Source: a virus | Taxonomy: Duplodnaviria; Caudoviricetes | IMG/VR virus record: IMGVR_UViG_2931714059_000002 | Coordinates: 16,218 to 80,217 of that record | DNA length: 64,000 nt | Direction: 5' to 3' (one strand) | Part shown: positions 55,289 through 64,000 of the stretch, piece after piece | Layout: each line of letters begins with the position of its first letter | Position numbering within the stretch: the first letter of the stretch is position 1 | Notes under the pieces: generated by a model | Databases searched by the model: none | Told to the model about the DNA's origin: nothing | The model's input: the letters and a program-made list of their open reading frames with translations, nothing else | Position numbers and translations under genes: made by a program

Positions 55289-56047
55289 TCAGCTTCTCGG
55301 AGCGACTGCGCGCCCCGGGCGCGGGCGGCCCGCGTGCGCAGCCTGCACCTGATCCGCCGCGTAACGCCCTTGTCCGCCACGGCCGGGCTCCCGATCCACC
55401 GGCAGCAGCCCCCAGCGGGAGAGCTGGCGGCGCGCGGACCCCGCCGCAATGGCCGCCGTGCCCCCGTAGCCGAGGTACTCCGCCACGCGACTGACCCTCC
55501 ACAGCTCGACCGGCCGCGCGGCGTAGGCGTCCAGGGAGGCGGGGCGCCACTGCGGCCGGCCCGCAACGTACCGGTCCGGCTCGGGCAAGTGCCCCGTGCC
55601 GCGCAGCGTGTCCCACCCAGCCGGGTCCATGGGTGCTCCGCGGCTGCTCAGGTAGCGGGGCACATCACGCCGGTCCAGGTGCGCGTCGGCAGCGGCCGCC
55701 GCGAAGGACGGCACGGGCTGAAAGGGACTGGACCCGATCACGCGCCAGTCGGGCGGGATCTTCGTCGCCTCGTACTCCAGGTGTTCGACCGGGGTGACGG
55801 TGGAGTCCGCTGGGTAGCGAGCCCAGCCGCGCCACGGCCGACGCTCGGGCTGCTCCGCCCGCTCAGGCGTGTACCACTGCTCCCAGTCCGGGACCCGGTC
55901 CCGCAGCGGAGCCTCGGACTCCACCCAGATATCCAGGGATCCCTGGGCCAGAGCCTCGGCCAGCGCTCGGGCACGGGGAGTGAGGTCGTCGAGGTTGACG
56001 GTGTCGGGGGCTCCGCCTTCGCGGAGGTGGATGGTCACGGTGGTCAC
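55289..56047 (-). CDS. Protein with two MerR/AlpA-like HTH domains (candidate operon autorepressor)
   Basis: LDRRDV..YL..G.LPEPD..GRPQW; LWRVSRVAEYLG..RRQLSRWG..RY. Confidence 0.7.
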   Translation of the reverse strand: MTTVTIHLREGGAPDTVNLDDLTPRARALAEALAQGSLDIWVESEAPLRDRVPDWEQWYTPERAEQPERRPWRGWARYPADSTVTPVEHLEYEATKIPPDWRVIGSSPFQPVPSFAAAAADAHLDRRDVPRYLSSRGAPMDPAGWDTLRGTGHLPEPDRYVAGRPQWRPASLDAYAARPVELWRVSRVAEYLGYGGTAAIAAGSARRQLSRWGLLPVDREPGRGGQGRYAADQVQAAHAGRPRPGRAVAPRS

Positions 56048-56077
56048 GTCATGTCCATTCTGTCGTGGCTGCCGCGG

Positions 56078-56494
56078 TCACATGTAGCGGGGATTGAGGT
56101 ACTCGTCCTCATCGCGCTGGGCGCGGGCTTCTGCCTCCATCGCCTGGATACGGCTTTCAGCCTCGGCCTGGTAGATGTACTCCCGGAGGCGTGGGGCGCC
56201 CTCCAGGCGCTCCGTGTCCAGGAGGTAGACCGCGCAGGGAACGCCCGGGTAGTCCCGGTGCCCGTCGGGGAGTTCACGGTCGAGCCCGATGGTCTCCATG
56301 GTGATGCCGTAGTCGCCGTAGGTCTGGCGGGAGTGCCCGAGGTAGACGCGTTCGCCCTCGTACTTGCCCGTGAGGGTGACCTGCTGTCCGGCTTCGTAGG
56401 CGGACTTGAGGACGGCGGCAGCGCCAACGACGCCGACGTGGCCCCGGACTTGGCGAGTGTGGCTGGTCAGGGTGATGGGGGGCAGCTCGGTCAT
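56078..56494 (-). CDS. Small acidic hypothetical protein (first gene of the array operon)
   Basis: AGGAG RBS, ATG 56494. Confidence 0.75.
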   Translation of the reverse strand: MTELPPITLTSHTRQVRGHVGVVGAAAVLKSAYEAGQQVTLTGKYEGERVYLGHSRQTYGDYGITMETIGLDRELPDGHRDYPGVPCAVYLLDTERLEGAPRLREYIYQAEAESRIQAMEAEARAQRDEDEYLNPRYM

Positions 56495-56569
56495 GCGGTT
56501 CTCCTGTCCGATCACGAAAACGGTGGGCGAGAGAGGTACCAGGCACGGATATCTCGCTCGCCATCCCCA

Positions 56570-56592
56570 TTATGCCTCACGGTGAGGCGTAA
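56570..56592. promoter_or_regulatory. Palindromic operator in the divergent promoter region
   Basis: TTATGCCTCAC-G-GTGAGGCGTAA; TTGACA about 10 nt to the right. Confidence 0.65.
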
Positions 56593-56713
56593 GGTCGCGC
56601 ATTGACACCCCGCAATAACCACCAACTTCCTCACTGTTTCGCCACTTGAGATACATGGCGGTAAGCCACCTGATGTGATGAAGCCGCCAACCCCCGATCA
56701 AGAGGAGAACACG

Positions 56714-57466
56714 ATGACGCAGAGCGCGGAGCCGACCACCGCAACAACTGCCGTGACGGTGGGGGTTGCACAGCGACCCGGCACGGAGTCAACCGGCCCG
56801 GCCGGCGAGGACCTCTGTGCGGACGGCGCGCACGTCCACCAGCGAGGAGACCGGGTGACCGCGGCCGTCGTCGACGGCGCCGGCCACCGCACTGAGGTCG
56901 TGGACCTCGCCCGCCACGCGCCCCCGATGATCGCGCTCATGGGCATGTCCATGGGCGGGCTCGTCGGGCTGACCACCGCCGGACGGATGGCCGACGCCTA
57001 CGACCACCCGCCGCACATGTCCGCCGTCTACGCCTCCATGGAGCCCGGCGAGGACACCGGCGTGCACTGGATCGGCGACTGCCGGGCCTACGGATGGGAC
57101 GGGGAGGAGCTGACGCTGTGGTCCACCGACCAGACCATGGGCGAATGGCTCGCGTGGAACGGCGGCAAGACCATCGAAGTCGTTCCCCGCGAGGTCGCGG
57201 AGACGCAGGATAATTGGGCGAGGCTCGGCCTCGCGCAGGCCACCGAGCTGACGTGCCGTCAGCTCCAGATCCCCAAGGAGATCCCGCTTGTCCTGCTCGT
57301 CTCGGACGGGGTGAGCGACCACGTCCCGGACCTGGCCGCCATCATCCGCGAGCACGAGGACGACGCGCAGGCCCTCGCGGACGCCCTCGTCGCCGCAGCC
57401 GAGGACGACGAGGAGGGGTACCGCGACGACGCGACGGTGGTCGTGCTGCTGCGCAACGACGGGTGA
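56714..57466 (+). CDS. PP2C/PPM-family Ser/Thr phosphatase (copy 2)
   Basis: GAGGAG RBS; CADG, VVDGAG, WIGDCRAY, LVSDG, DDATVV. Confidence 0.85.
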   Translation: MTQSAEPTTATTAVTVGVAQRPGTESTGPAGEDLCADGAHVHQRGDRVTAAVVDGAGHRTEVVDLARHAPPMIALMGMSMGGLVGLTTAGRMADAYDHPPHMSAVYASMEPGEDTGVHWIGDCRAYGWDGEELTLWSTDQTMGEWLAWNGGKTIEVVPREVAETQDNWARLGLAQATELTCRQLQIPKEIPLVLLVSDGVSDHVPDLAAIIREHEDDAQALADALVAAAEDDEEGYRDDATVVVLLRNDG

Positions 57467-57635
57467 AACGCCCACCAGGCCCAGCCCTCACGTGGCTGAA
57501 CGGCGGGCATCTGTGTCGCCTCCGGTCCAGCGTTCGTCCTCGGCGGCGCCGCCGGACACCTCGCACAGGCCCCGGACGCCGGACATGACACAGCCCCGCC
57601 GCCCACAGTTCGCGGGTGGCGGGGGCTTCGGCGCG

Positions 57636-58406
57636 TCACGACTGCGGCGGGGTGGAGCCCAAGATGCGGTCGATGGTGGTCCGGGCGAGTCCGGTGAGCT
57701 CGGCGATGCGGGACTTCGTGACCCCGGCCCGGCGTGCCTGCTGCACCAGTGAGTCCCGGCTGCTGCGGAGCGCCGCCCAGCCGGCCAGCCTCCGCTCGGC
57801 GTCGCGCTCCTGCTCGGTCTGGCCCTGCGGCTCGAATCCCTCCGGGACCCACTGCTGGGCGACCTTGTCACCGAACATTCGCGACAGGGCGTCACGGGGC
57901 GGAACATCGATGGCATCGACGTTCCGGGTCTCCAGCCCCTCGGCGTAGTACGCGGCCTCCAGCGCGTCCTCCAGCCGGCGCCGCTCCTTCGCCGAGCCGG
58001 GCCTGTAGCGGGAGGGGATCATCGCCAGCGTCTCGTCCTCGTAGCTCTGGTTGACCTGGTCCAGGGGCTTGAGGCTGCTGTGGATGTAGCTGTCGAAGTC
58101 GGACAGGATCTCGTCCAGTCCGAAGCTCTCGCCGTCGAGGAACGCCTTGTCCATCGCGGTCAGGCCGTAGACCTCTTCGCCTTTCGGCACCCCCGGGTTG
58201 GTCAGCGGCGGCGCCTCCTGGGGGGCCATCGCCTCCTCGGCCCCCGTTCCGCTGGCAGCCTTGGAGTAGGCCAGGGTCGCGCACCTGTGCTCACGGCTGG
58301 CGGCGGCCAACTCGTCCAGGGTCAGCGGTGTGACGCGCACCCCGAGACGCTGGAGGTGGGCGACGAGCTGCGTGTTGATGTGCGTGATGATGTCCGCATT
58401 CCTCAT
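57636..58406 (-). CDS. Hypothetical protein with C-terminal HTH
   Basis: RDSLVQQARRAGVTKSRIAELTGLARTTIDRIL. Confidence 0.75.
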   Translation of the reverse strand: MRNADIITHINTQLVAHLQRLGVRVTPLTLDELAAASREHRCATLAYSKAASGTGAEEAMAPQEAPPLTNPGVPKGEEVYGLTAMDKAFLDGESFGLDEILSDFDSYIHSSLKPLDQVNQSYEDETLAMIPSRYRPGSAKERRRLEDALEAAYYAEGLETRNVDAIDVPPRDALSRMFGDKVAQQWVPEGFEPQGQTEQERDAERRLAGWAALRSSRDSLVQQARRAGVTKSRIAELTGLARTTIDRILGSTPPQS

Positions 58407-58415
58407 GCAGCAAAC

Positions 58416-58443
58416 GCTACGATGTAGCGAATGCTACAGTCAA
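58416..58443 (-). promoter_or_regulatory. Promoter (-35 TTGACT) with overlapping GCTAC/GTAGC inverted repeats
   Basis: CGCTACGATGTAGCGAATGCTACAGTCAAC directly upstream of the HTH gene. Confidence 0.6.
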
Positions 58444-58501
58444 CTTGCCTACAGTCCCTCCGGACCAGTCGAGTTCACGATCTGCCATCGAGAGGACCCT
58501 C

Positions 58502-59299
58502 ATGACCGACAGCCCGGGCCAGCCAACTGCAACCCTCACCCCGGAGGAGACCGCCAAGCTGACCTTCTACTGGCATACCGTGTTCGGCTACGGCTCGACG
58601 GACCCCCTCGGGGCGACCGACAGGGAGCCCGTGTACCGCCGTTCCCACGAGCAAGGGTTCGCCATCCTCGCCGGGCACGTGGCCCGGGGGGTTGACGTGC
58701 GCAGCCTCGCGGAGGTCCTGAGCCTCCCGCCGGAGGTCATTGAGTCCTGCGTCGCCAGGGCCCACGCCCAGCGGGCGGAGGTGGTCGCGACTCAGGACAG
58801 GCTGGGCATCACCGAACTGATCGCTCCCCTTCGCACACACGACGGCGCTGCGGAGTTCCTCTTCGCCTGCGTTGAGGCCGGGTGCGGACGGGAGTGGGGG
58901 GAAGCCGTGACGGTCGCGATCAACGCGAGCCTCAGCATCTCCCGCCAGCCCGACTACGACGACTACGACGACCTGGGCGAGGAGGCGTGGGACGCCGTCA
59001 AGGAGACCGTCACTGACGTCGCCGATCGAATCGGCAACAGGATCGCTGACGACCGCGACATCGCCGTTCTGGCCATGTGGTACGCCCGCCGCCCTTTGAA
59101 CTCCAAGGGCACACTGGACGGTGTGCCGCTGAACGAGTGGGACGAAATCCACCAGGCGTTCATGGTGGCCGCCCTCGACATCGCGGAGATGGTCATCAGG
59201 CACGCCGTTGGCGCTGCAAGTGTTCGTCACCTGATCGACGACGAGACATACGACATCCTCACCGCGCCGCTGATCCGCGCCCGCGAAGAACAACCGTGA
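58502..59299 (+). CDS. Hypothetical acidic protein
   Basis: GAGG RBS, ATG 58502. Confidence 0.7.
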   Translation: MTDSPGQPTATLTPEETAKLTFYWHTVFGYGSTDPLGATDREPVYRRSHEQGFAILAGHVARGVDVRSLAEVLSLPPEVIESCVARAHAQRAEVVATQDRLGITELIAPLRTHDGAAEFLFACVEAGCGREWGEAVTVAINASLSISRQPDYDDYDDLGEEAWDAVKETVTDVADRIGNRIADDRDIAVLAMWYARRPLNSKGTLDGVPLNEWDEIHQAFMVAALDIAEMVIRHAVGAASVRHLIDDETYDILTAPLIRAREEQP

Positions 59300-59398
59300 C
59301 CGCCCTCGCCCCACGCCCGACTGCCAGCGTGGCGCACCCACTGCTCTGATCGGTCGATCTCGTATTGCCCTATTGGCCGATATGGCAGCCTGTCGCTC

Positions 59399-59629
59399 AT
59401 GACGCTGGATGTGGGGCGCGTCGCCTCTGAACTGGGCCTGGACGCCAGGGCGGTGGAGGCGATCGTCGAGGTGCTGCGTGACCGGTCGCTGCCTGGGGAG
59501 CCGCTGAGTGATGAGGCGATCGTCGAGGTCCTGCCGGATGTGCGCGATGTGTGCGATGCGGAGACCGTGCGGTGGTTGAGAGCGTGCGCGGCCGGCGCGC
59601 TACCGGCGGACGACTCGTCTCCCGAATGA
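59399..59629 (+). CDS. Small hypothetical protein
   Basis: Short ORF, possibly leaderless. Confidence 0.5.
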   Translation: MTLDVGRVASELGLDARAVEAIVEVLRDRSLPGEPLSDEAIVEVLPDVRDVCDAETVRWLRACAAGALPADDSSPE

Positions 59630-59704
59630 GTCATCAGCGCGTCTACCGTCCGACATATGGCGTCCCTACGCTGGTGGCAGGATCTCACCGCTGGGGGCAC
59701 CACC

Positions 59705-60952
59705 ATGAGCACAGCGCTCGGGCAAAACATCCGTAAATACCGCAAGTTGAGGCAGCTCACCGTGCGGGCACTGGCTGACCGCGTGGCCATCTCAGTCAGC
59801 GCGCTGGAGAAGTACGAGCGGGGCGACCGCGTGCCGCCGCCGGCCGTCGTCACGCAGCTGGCGCGCGTACTCCACGTCGGCCCGGACCGGCTGCACGGGC
59901 AGCCGTGGGCGGCCGAGCCGGCCGACGGCGAACTGAGCGTCGTACCTGAACTCCGCCGGATCCTCCTCACCTACGACACCCCGGACGCCGCGGTGCTGGA
60001 GCCGCGCCCGCTGGAGGTGCTGACGGCGGAGATGGACCAGGTCGCGCGAATGCGGCAGGACGGGCAGTACGTGCAGCTGGCGCCGCTGCTGCCGGGACTG
60101 CTGACGGAGCTGACACACCTGGCACTGGGCGGGACTCCGGCGGTCGCCCGGGACCGCCGGGCGTTGCCGCAGCCGCAGGCCCGCGCGTTCCGCCAGCTCG
60201 CTGTCGGCTACCGGGCGGCCAACAGCCTCGCCCACAAGCTCGGTTACCACGACCTGAGCTACACGGCGTGCGAGCGGGTGCACTGGGCGGCGGACCGCTC
60301 CGGGGACCCGCTGATGCAGGCGACGGCCGCGTACCTGCGGGCCGGGGCGATGATCCGCATGGGCGCGCTCGGCTCGGCCCGCACCGTGCTGGAGGGCCTG
60401 GCCGACGAGGTGGAGCGGATGGCCCCGGAGCTGTCGCTGTCGCCCGAGCACCAGGCCGTGATGGGCGCGGTGCTGCTCAAGCTCGCGGTGGTGGAGGCGA
60501 GGGACGGGCAGCCGGATCGGGCGATGGAGCGCCTGGCCGAGGCTGGGACGTGGGCCGAGGCGCTGCGGGTGGATACGACGCACTACGAGATGTCGTTCGG
60601 GCCGGCCAACGTCCGCATCCACGAGGTCGCGATCCTGTCCGACACGGGCGATACGGAGCAGGCTCTCGCGCGGCTGCGGGAGTGGGGCGGCGAGCAGGGC
60701 GTGGATGAGTGGGAGCTGCCGGACGGCCTGGCCGCCGAGCGCGCCAGCCACCACCACATCGACGTGGCGGCGGCCCGCCTCGCGGAGGGCGACCGGGCGG
60801 GCGCGCACCGGAGCCTGCTGGAGGCGCGGCGTATTGCCCCGATGCACACGCGGCATCACCCGACGGTGCGGGCGACGGCCGGTGCGCTGGTGCGCCTGGA
60901 CCGCGGGGCGCACGACTCGGTCGCCGGTTTGGCCCGCTGGGCAGGCGTGTAG
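59705..60952 (+). CDS. XRE-family HTH regulator with TPR-like C-terminal domain
   Basis: LGQNIRKYRKLRQLT..LA..IS.S.L.KYERG; FGPANV.IH motif. Confidence 0.88.
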   Translation: MSTALGQNIRKYRKLRQLTVRALADRVAISVSALEKYERGDRVPPPAVVTQLARVLHVGPDRLHGQPWAAEPADGELSVVPELRRILLTYDTPDAAVLEPRPLEVLTAEMDQVARMRQDGQYVQLAPLLPGLLTELTHLALGGTPAVARDRRALPQPQARAFRQLAVGYRAANSLAHKLGYHDLSYTACERVHWAADRSGDPLMQATAAYLRAGAMIRMGALGSARTVLEGLADEVERMAPELSLSPEHQAVMGAVLLKLAVVEARDGQPDRAMERLAEAGTWAEALRVDTTHYEMSFGPANVRIHEVAILSDTGDTEQALARLREWGGEQGVDEWELPDGLAAERASHHHIDVAAARLAEGDRAGAHRSLLEARRIAPMHTRHHPTVRATAGALVRLDRGAHDSVAGLARWAGV

Positions 60953-61092
60953 GTAGCAGCATCAGGACTGCCCGTCAAGACTCCTGACGAAATGTCACCC
61001 GCACAATCTGTGCGGTGACAATGGTCACAGCTCGACATCATCACCTCACTGACAGCTACACGAGGGGATGGTGCCGAGCTGTGCCTACGACC

Positions 61093-61485
61093 ATGCACGA
61101 CACGACGAGAGCGGCCGAGTGGCTGGTGTCCGCCTGCCGTGACCCCGAGGGGCGCCTGCGGTGGCTCGCGTCTGCGGGGCAGGCCATACTGCCGCTGGGC
61201 GTCCACTGGGACGCAGTACGCATCCCCGCGGACGTCAGCCCGCTGCCGCACGGCCCCATCGCCCGGGACCCCCTCGGCGCGCTGTACGCGCTCGTGCCCG
61301 TGGGTACGGCGGCGACCTGGTCCGCGCGCGGGACGGAGCCGATGGGCGCCCCGCGCTATCTCCAGCTGCCGGCGCCGGAGCGGACGGCGCCGCCCGGGAT
61401 CTACTGGGTGCAGCCCCCGGACGGATCCGGCGCGCTCGTGGATCCCGACGAGCTGCTCCAGGTCCTCGGGGGGCGAGCGGCGTGA
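61093..61485 (+). CDS. Conserved actinobacterial hypothetical protein (XRE-associated)
   Basis: G..WDAVR.P..GP..D..LY.LVP..WVQPPDGSG.L.DP. Confidence 0.7.
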   Translation: MHDTTRAAEWLVSACRDPEGRLRWLASAGQAILPLGVHWDAVRIPADVSPLPHGPIARDPLGALYALVPVGTAATWSARGTEPMGAPRYLQLPAPERTAPPGIYWVQPPDGSGALVDPDELLQVLGGRAA

Positions 61486-61685
61486 TGACCGAGCTACGGC
61501 CCCAGTGCCAGGAGTGCGACGCCGACGGGACGGTGGTGCTGTACGTCCTGTCGACGGCCGAGGATCAGCCGCTGCTCTCGTGTCCCGCCCACATCCACGA
61601 GGTGGGTTTCGGCGCTGCGCTGCTCCGCGCGGTCGATGCCCGGATCGCGCGCCGCGAGATGTCGTCCGAGGACGGTGTGCGGTGA
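61485..61685 (+). CDS. Small Cys/His protein
   Basis: TGATG coupling; CQEC..CPAH. Confidence 0.6.
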   Translation: MTELRPQCQECDADGTVVLYVLSTAEDQPLLSCPAHIHEVGFGAALLRAVDARIARREMSSEDGVR

Positions 61686-61960
61686 CGGAGCGGCAGGAGA
61701 TGACCCGGCGCCCCGGGGTGCCGGCGCGCCGGGTGGGCGATCTCATCGAGGTGCCCGTGTACGTCCTCCTCGGCGAGGAGGACGGTGACGAGCCGACAGA
61801 GGCGGTGCTGCTACTGCCGGCGGCGGCGGCGGAGGTGCTGCACACGCAGCTCTGTCGGCTGCTGGATGGGGAGAGGCCGGCGGCGGACGCCCCGGTGTGC
61901 CGCTTCGCGACCCCTGCGGCAGCTCTCGCTGCCAAGGCGGTCAGGAGGGGGATCGCGTGA
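61682..61960 (+). CDS. Hypothetical protein
   Basis: GTGA coupling. Confidence 0.55.
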   Translation: MTERQEMTRRPGVPARRVGDLIEVPVYVLLGEEDGDEPTEAVLLLPAAAAEVLHTQLCRLLDGERPAADAPVCRFATPAAALAAKAVRRGIA

Positions 61961-62066
61961 GGCGGCGATCGTTGACGCAGCACGGAGTGCTGCGCGTCGC
62001 GCTGGGCGCCGTGCCCCTGGCCCTGCTGTGCACGGCGGTGATCCTCCTGGTATCGGCGGTGGTCGC

Positions 62067-62858
62067 ATGGAGGCGGTAGCGCCGGCGCGGTCGCGGTGGG
62101 TCGATCTGCCTCCGGCGATCCAGCGGGCGATCGAGGCCCGCACGGGCCCGGTACGGGGCGCGTGGGACGCGCCGGACGTGGGCGGCGCCCTGGCGGTCGT
62201 CGTGGACACCTGGACGGAGACGAGCGTGCTGGTCCGCGGCGCGCGGTTCGGGGACCAGCAGGGCAGGGATGCGCTGCGCGCTGAGGCCGCGGTGGCGGCG
62301 CTGGAGCTGGAGCACGTGCCTGCGCTCAGGTGGCGTGCCGCTGTCGGGACGTGGGACCTCCTCGCGACGTCGCACGTCTCCGGCCGACCGGCCGACCTGT
62401 CACCCGGATCGGTCGACGTCACCCTTCTAGGTGACATGCTGCGAAAGGCACGGGGGTCAACCGTTCGGGGAATGCTGCCTGAGTATGCGGACCGGTGGTC
62501 AGCGTGGGCTACCCGGCCTGAGCTGGAGCGGCTCCGAGGGTCTCATCTGCTGCACACGTGCATGTGCCCCGGGCACGTACTGGTGTCTCATGACCGCGCG
62601 ACTGTGGTCGACTGGGGCCGAGCTGCGCGCGGGCCGGCCTGGGTGGACGCCGCCTACGCCCTCGTACAGCTCGGCGAGGCGGGTCATCCTCCGGATGCCG
62701 CGCTCAGGTGGGTACGCACAATCCCGGTCTGGAGCACGGCGCTGCCCGGAGCGCTCGCCGCGTGGGGGGCGGTACACAGCCGGTACTGGGCAGAGCAGCC
62801 TTCTCTCGCGGGGCGGGTGGAGATCGCCCAGGAGCTGCTGGGGGGATCTCATGACTGA
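62067..62858 (+). CDS. Aminoglycoside-phosphotransferase/kinase-like protein, catalytic loop degenerate
   Basis: W.DLP..IE..G; EAAV; P.LRW; LLHTCMCPGHVL (vs H.D....N); VVDWG..GPAW.D. Confidence 0.75.
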   Translation: MEAVAPARSRWVDLPPAIQRAIEARTGPVRGAWDAPDVGGALAVVVDTWTETSVLVRGARFGDQQGRDALRAEAAVAALELEHVPALRWRAAVGTWDLLATSHVSGRPADLSPGSVDVTLLGDMLRKARGSTVRGMLPEYADRWSAWATRPELERLRGSHLLHTCMCPGHVLVSHDRATVVDWGRAARGPAWVDAAYALVQLGEAGHPPDAALRWVRTIPVWSTALPGALAAWGAVHSRYWAEQPSLAGRVEIAQELLGGSHD

Positions 62859-63048
62859 CCGCCAGCTGGACGGTCAGCCCTCTCGGCCGGTCGGCTGCTG
62901 TTCGGCTTGGGCTGCCTGGTGATGGTGGCCAGCCTCACGATGCGAGCCGTCAAGTACCGAGCCATGGGGTAGTCCCCGGAGACCGGCCGGTGGCAGGCGC
63001 TTCCGTGCGAGGTGCGCCGCTCCGTCCAGATGGCGGAGCCCCGGCCAA

Positions 63049-63077
63049 CTGGCCCCGAGTCCCGGACTCGGGGCCAG
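63049..63077. terminator. Hairpin at the integrase 3' end
   Basis: CTGGCCCCGAGTC-CCG-GACTCGGGGCCAG. Confidence 0.7.
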
Positions 63078-63085
63078 AACCGGTA

Positions 63086-64000
63086 TCAGAAGTCTCCGAG
63101 GTCGAGGCTCCGCGCCTCCTCGATTGATCGGCGCTCGCTCGCGGCCTGCGTGTAGCGGTCGAGCATCTCGCGGCGCGACCATCCGGCCATCGCCATCAGG
63201 CCGCCCTCGGACCCCCCTCGGTCCAGCCAGCGAGCGGCCGCCGTGTTGCGGAGCATGTGGGGCCAGAAGTCCTCGATGCCGGCCAGCTCTGCACGGTACA
63301 TCAGCGTCGAGTAGAAGCCGTTGTAGCCGATCGTGCGTCCGCGGTCACCGAGCCACAGCGCAGCGCTATCGGCAAGACGGTGCCGTCGGCGGTGCCGTAG
63401 GTAGCGATCCACCGCAAGGCACGTCTTGGGGCCGATCGAAACGACCCGTCCCTTACCACCCTTGCCCTTGCGGATGATACAAATGCCTTCCTGGAGGTCG
63501 ATGTCATCGACCGTCATGGAGATGAGTTCACCACGGCGCATCCCGGTTTCCAGCAGAATGCGGACGATGGCCTCATCGCGGCGGTCCCGGAATTCTTTTC
63601 CGGCGCAGGCTTGAATGAGAGCCTTGCACTCCTCCTCAGATAGTTGACGTACAACTTTGATATCGACTTTGACGGCTGGGAGCCGGTCCAGGTGGTCGAC
63701 GTCGATCTCACCCTCGTCCAGGAGCCAGGCACTCAGCCGGCGGAGGGACGCCTGACGGATCTGTGCGGTGGCCGGCTCGCGGCCACTATCCAGCAGCTCG
63801 GCGATGAAGCTCCTCACCGTTTGCCGGTCGAGCCGCGGAACCGTGTCCGTGGCGGCGCACCAGCTCAGAAATTGCTTGACGCCATCGCCGTAGACCTTGA
63901 TGGTCTGGGGGGATTTACGGCTCCCGCGCAGGTGGATCAGCCATGACTCTAGGTAGCCGGACTCCAGAATGGGACCCTCGGCTTTGGGCTTCTTGGGCAC
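63086..64000 (-). CDS. int: Tyrosine recombinase/integrase (start may lie beyond the window)
   Basis: TGMRRGEL, KGKGGK, PHMLR, AGW, DRY catalytic residues all present. Confidence 0.93.
   Translation of the reverse strand: MPKKPKAEGPILESGYLESWLIHLRGSRKSPQTIKVYGDGVKQFLSWCAATDTVPRLDRQTVRSFIAELLDSGREPATAQIRQASLRRLSAWLLDEGEIDVDHLDRLPAVKVDIKVVRQLSEEECKALIQACAGKEFRDRRDEAIVRILLETGMRRGELISMTVDDIDLQEGICIIRKGKGGKGRVVSIGPKTCLAVDRYLRHRRRHRLADSAALWLGDRGRTIGYNGFYSTLMYRAELAGIEDFWPHMLRNTAAARWLDRGGSEGGLMAMAGWSRREMLDRYTQAASERRSIEEARSLDLGDF

Larger units (their letters stand above)
1..64000. mobile_element. Temperate actinophage prophage (siphovirus-like), partial; ends and att sites not seen
   Basis: Terminase, portal, MuF, capsid, tail, tape measure, amidase endolysin and tyrosine integrase in colinear order; no host housekeeping genes anywhere in the window. 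Confidence 0.93.

Noticed and set aside
62859-64000. att site or tRNA next to the integrase
   Set aside because: No tRNA fold or recognisable core repeat is visible; the boundary probably lies beyond the window.

Overview
High-GC actinobacterial (Streptomyces-like) DNA. The whole window appears to be one temperate siphovirus-type prophage. Its left end and replication genes are outside the window, and a tyrosine integrase sits at the right edge. Order: (1) 1-16 kb: early/accessory genes (WhiB, TetR, HNH, stand-alone WYL, PP2C phosphatase, NERD nuclease, several H/C3 zinc fingers) driven by five copies of a TTGACA promoter flanked by an 18-bp operator box; (2) 16-23.5 kb: a plasmid/AICE-like module (GntR-UTRA repressor with palindromic operators, excisionase-like HTH, Spd-like membrane proteins); (3) 25.9-52.5 kb: a packaging/head/tail/lysis cluster punctuated by a 21-bp phage-specific late-promoter motif, with a Nudix domain inserted in the head-maturation protein; (4) 52.5-64 kb: accessory genes and the integrase. 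The top finding is a cas-less mini CRISPR array of type I-E-like repeats (55098-55237, minus strand; one normal and one short spacer). It lies inside a small-gene/HTH operon that has an inverted-repeat operator, which is the architecture of an RNA-based anti-CRISPR or Cascade-hijacking locus. All product calls come from motif recognition by eye; no database searches were run.
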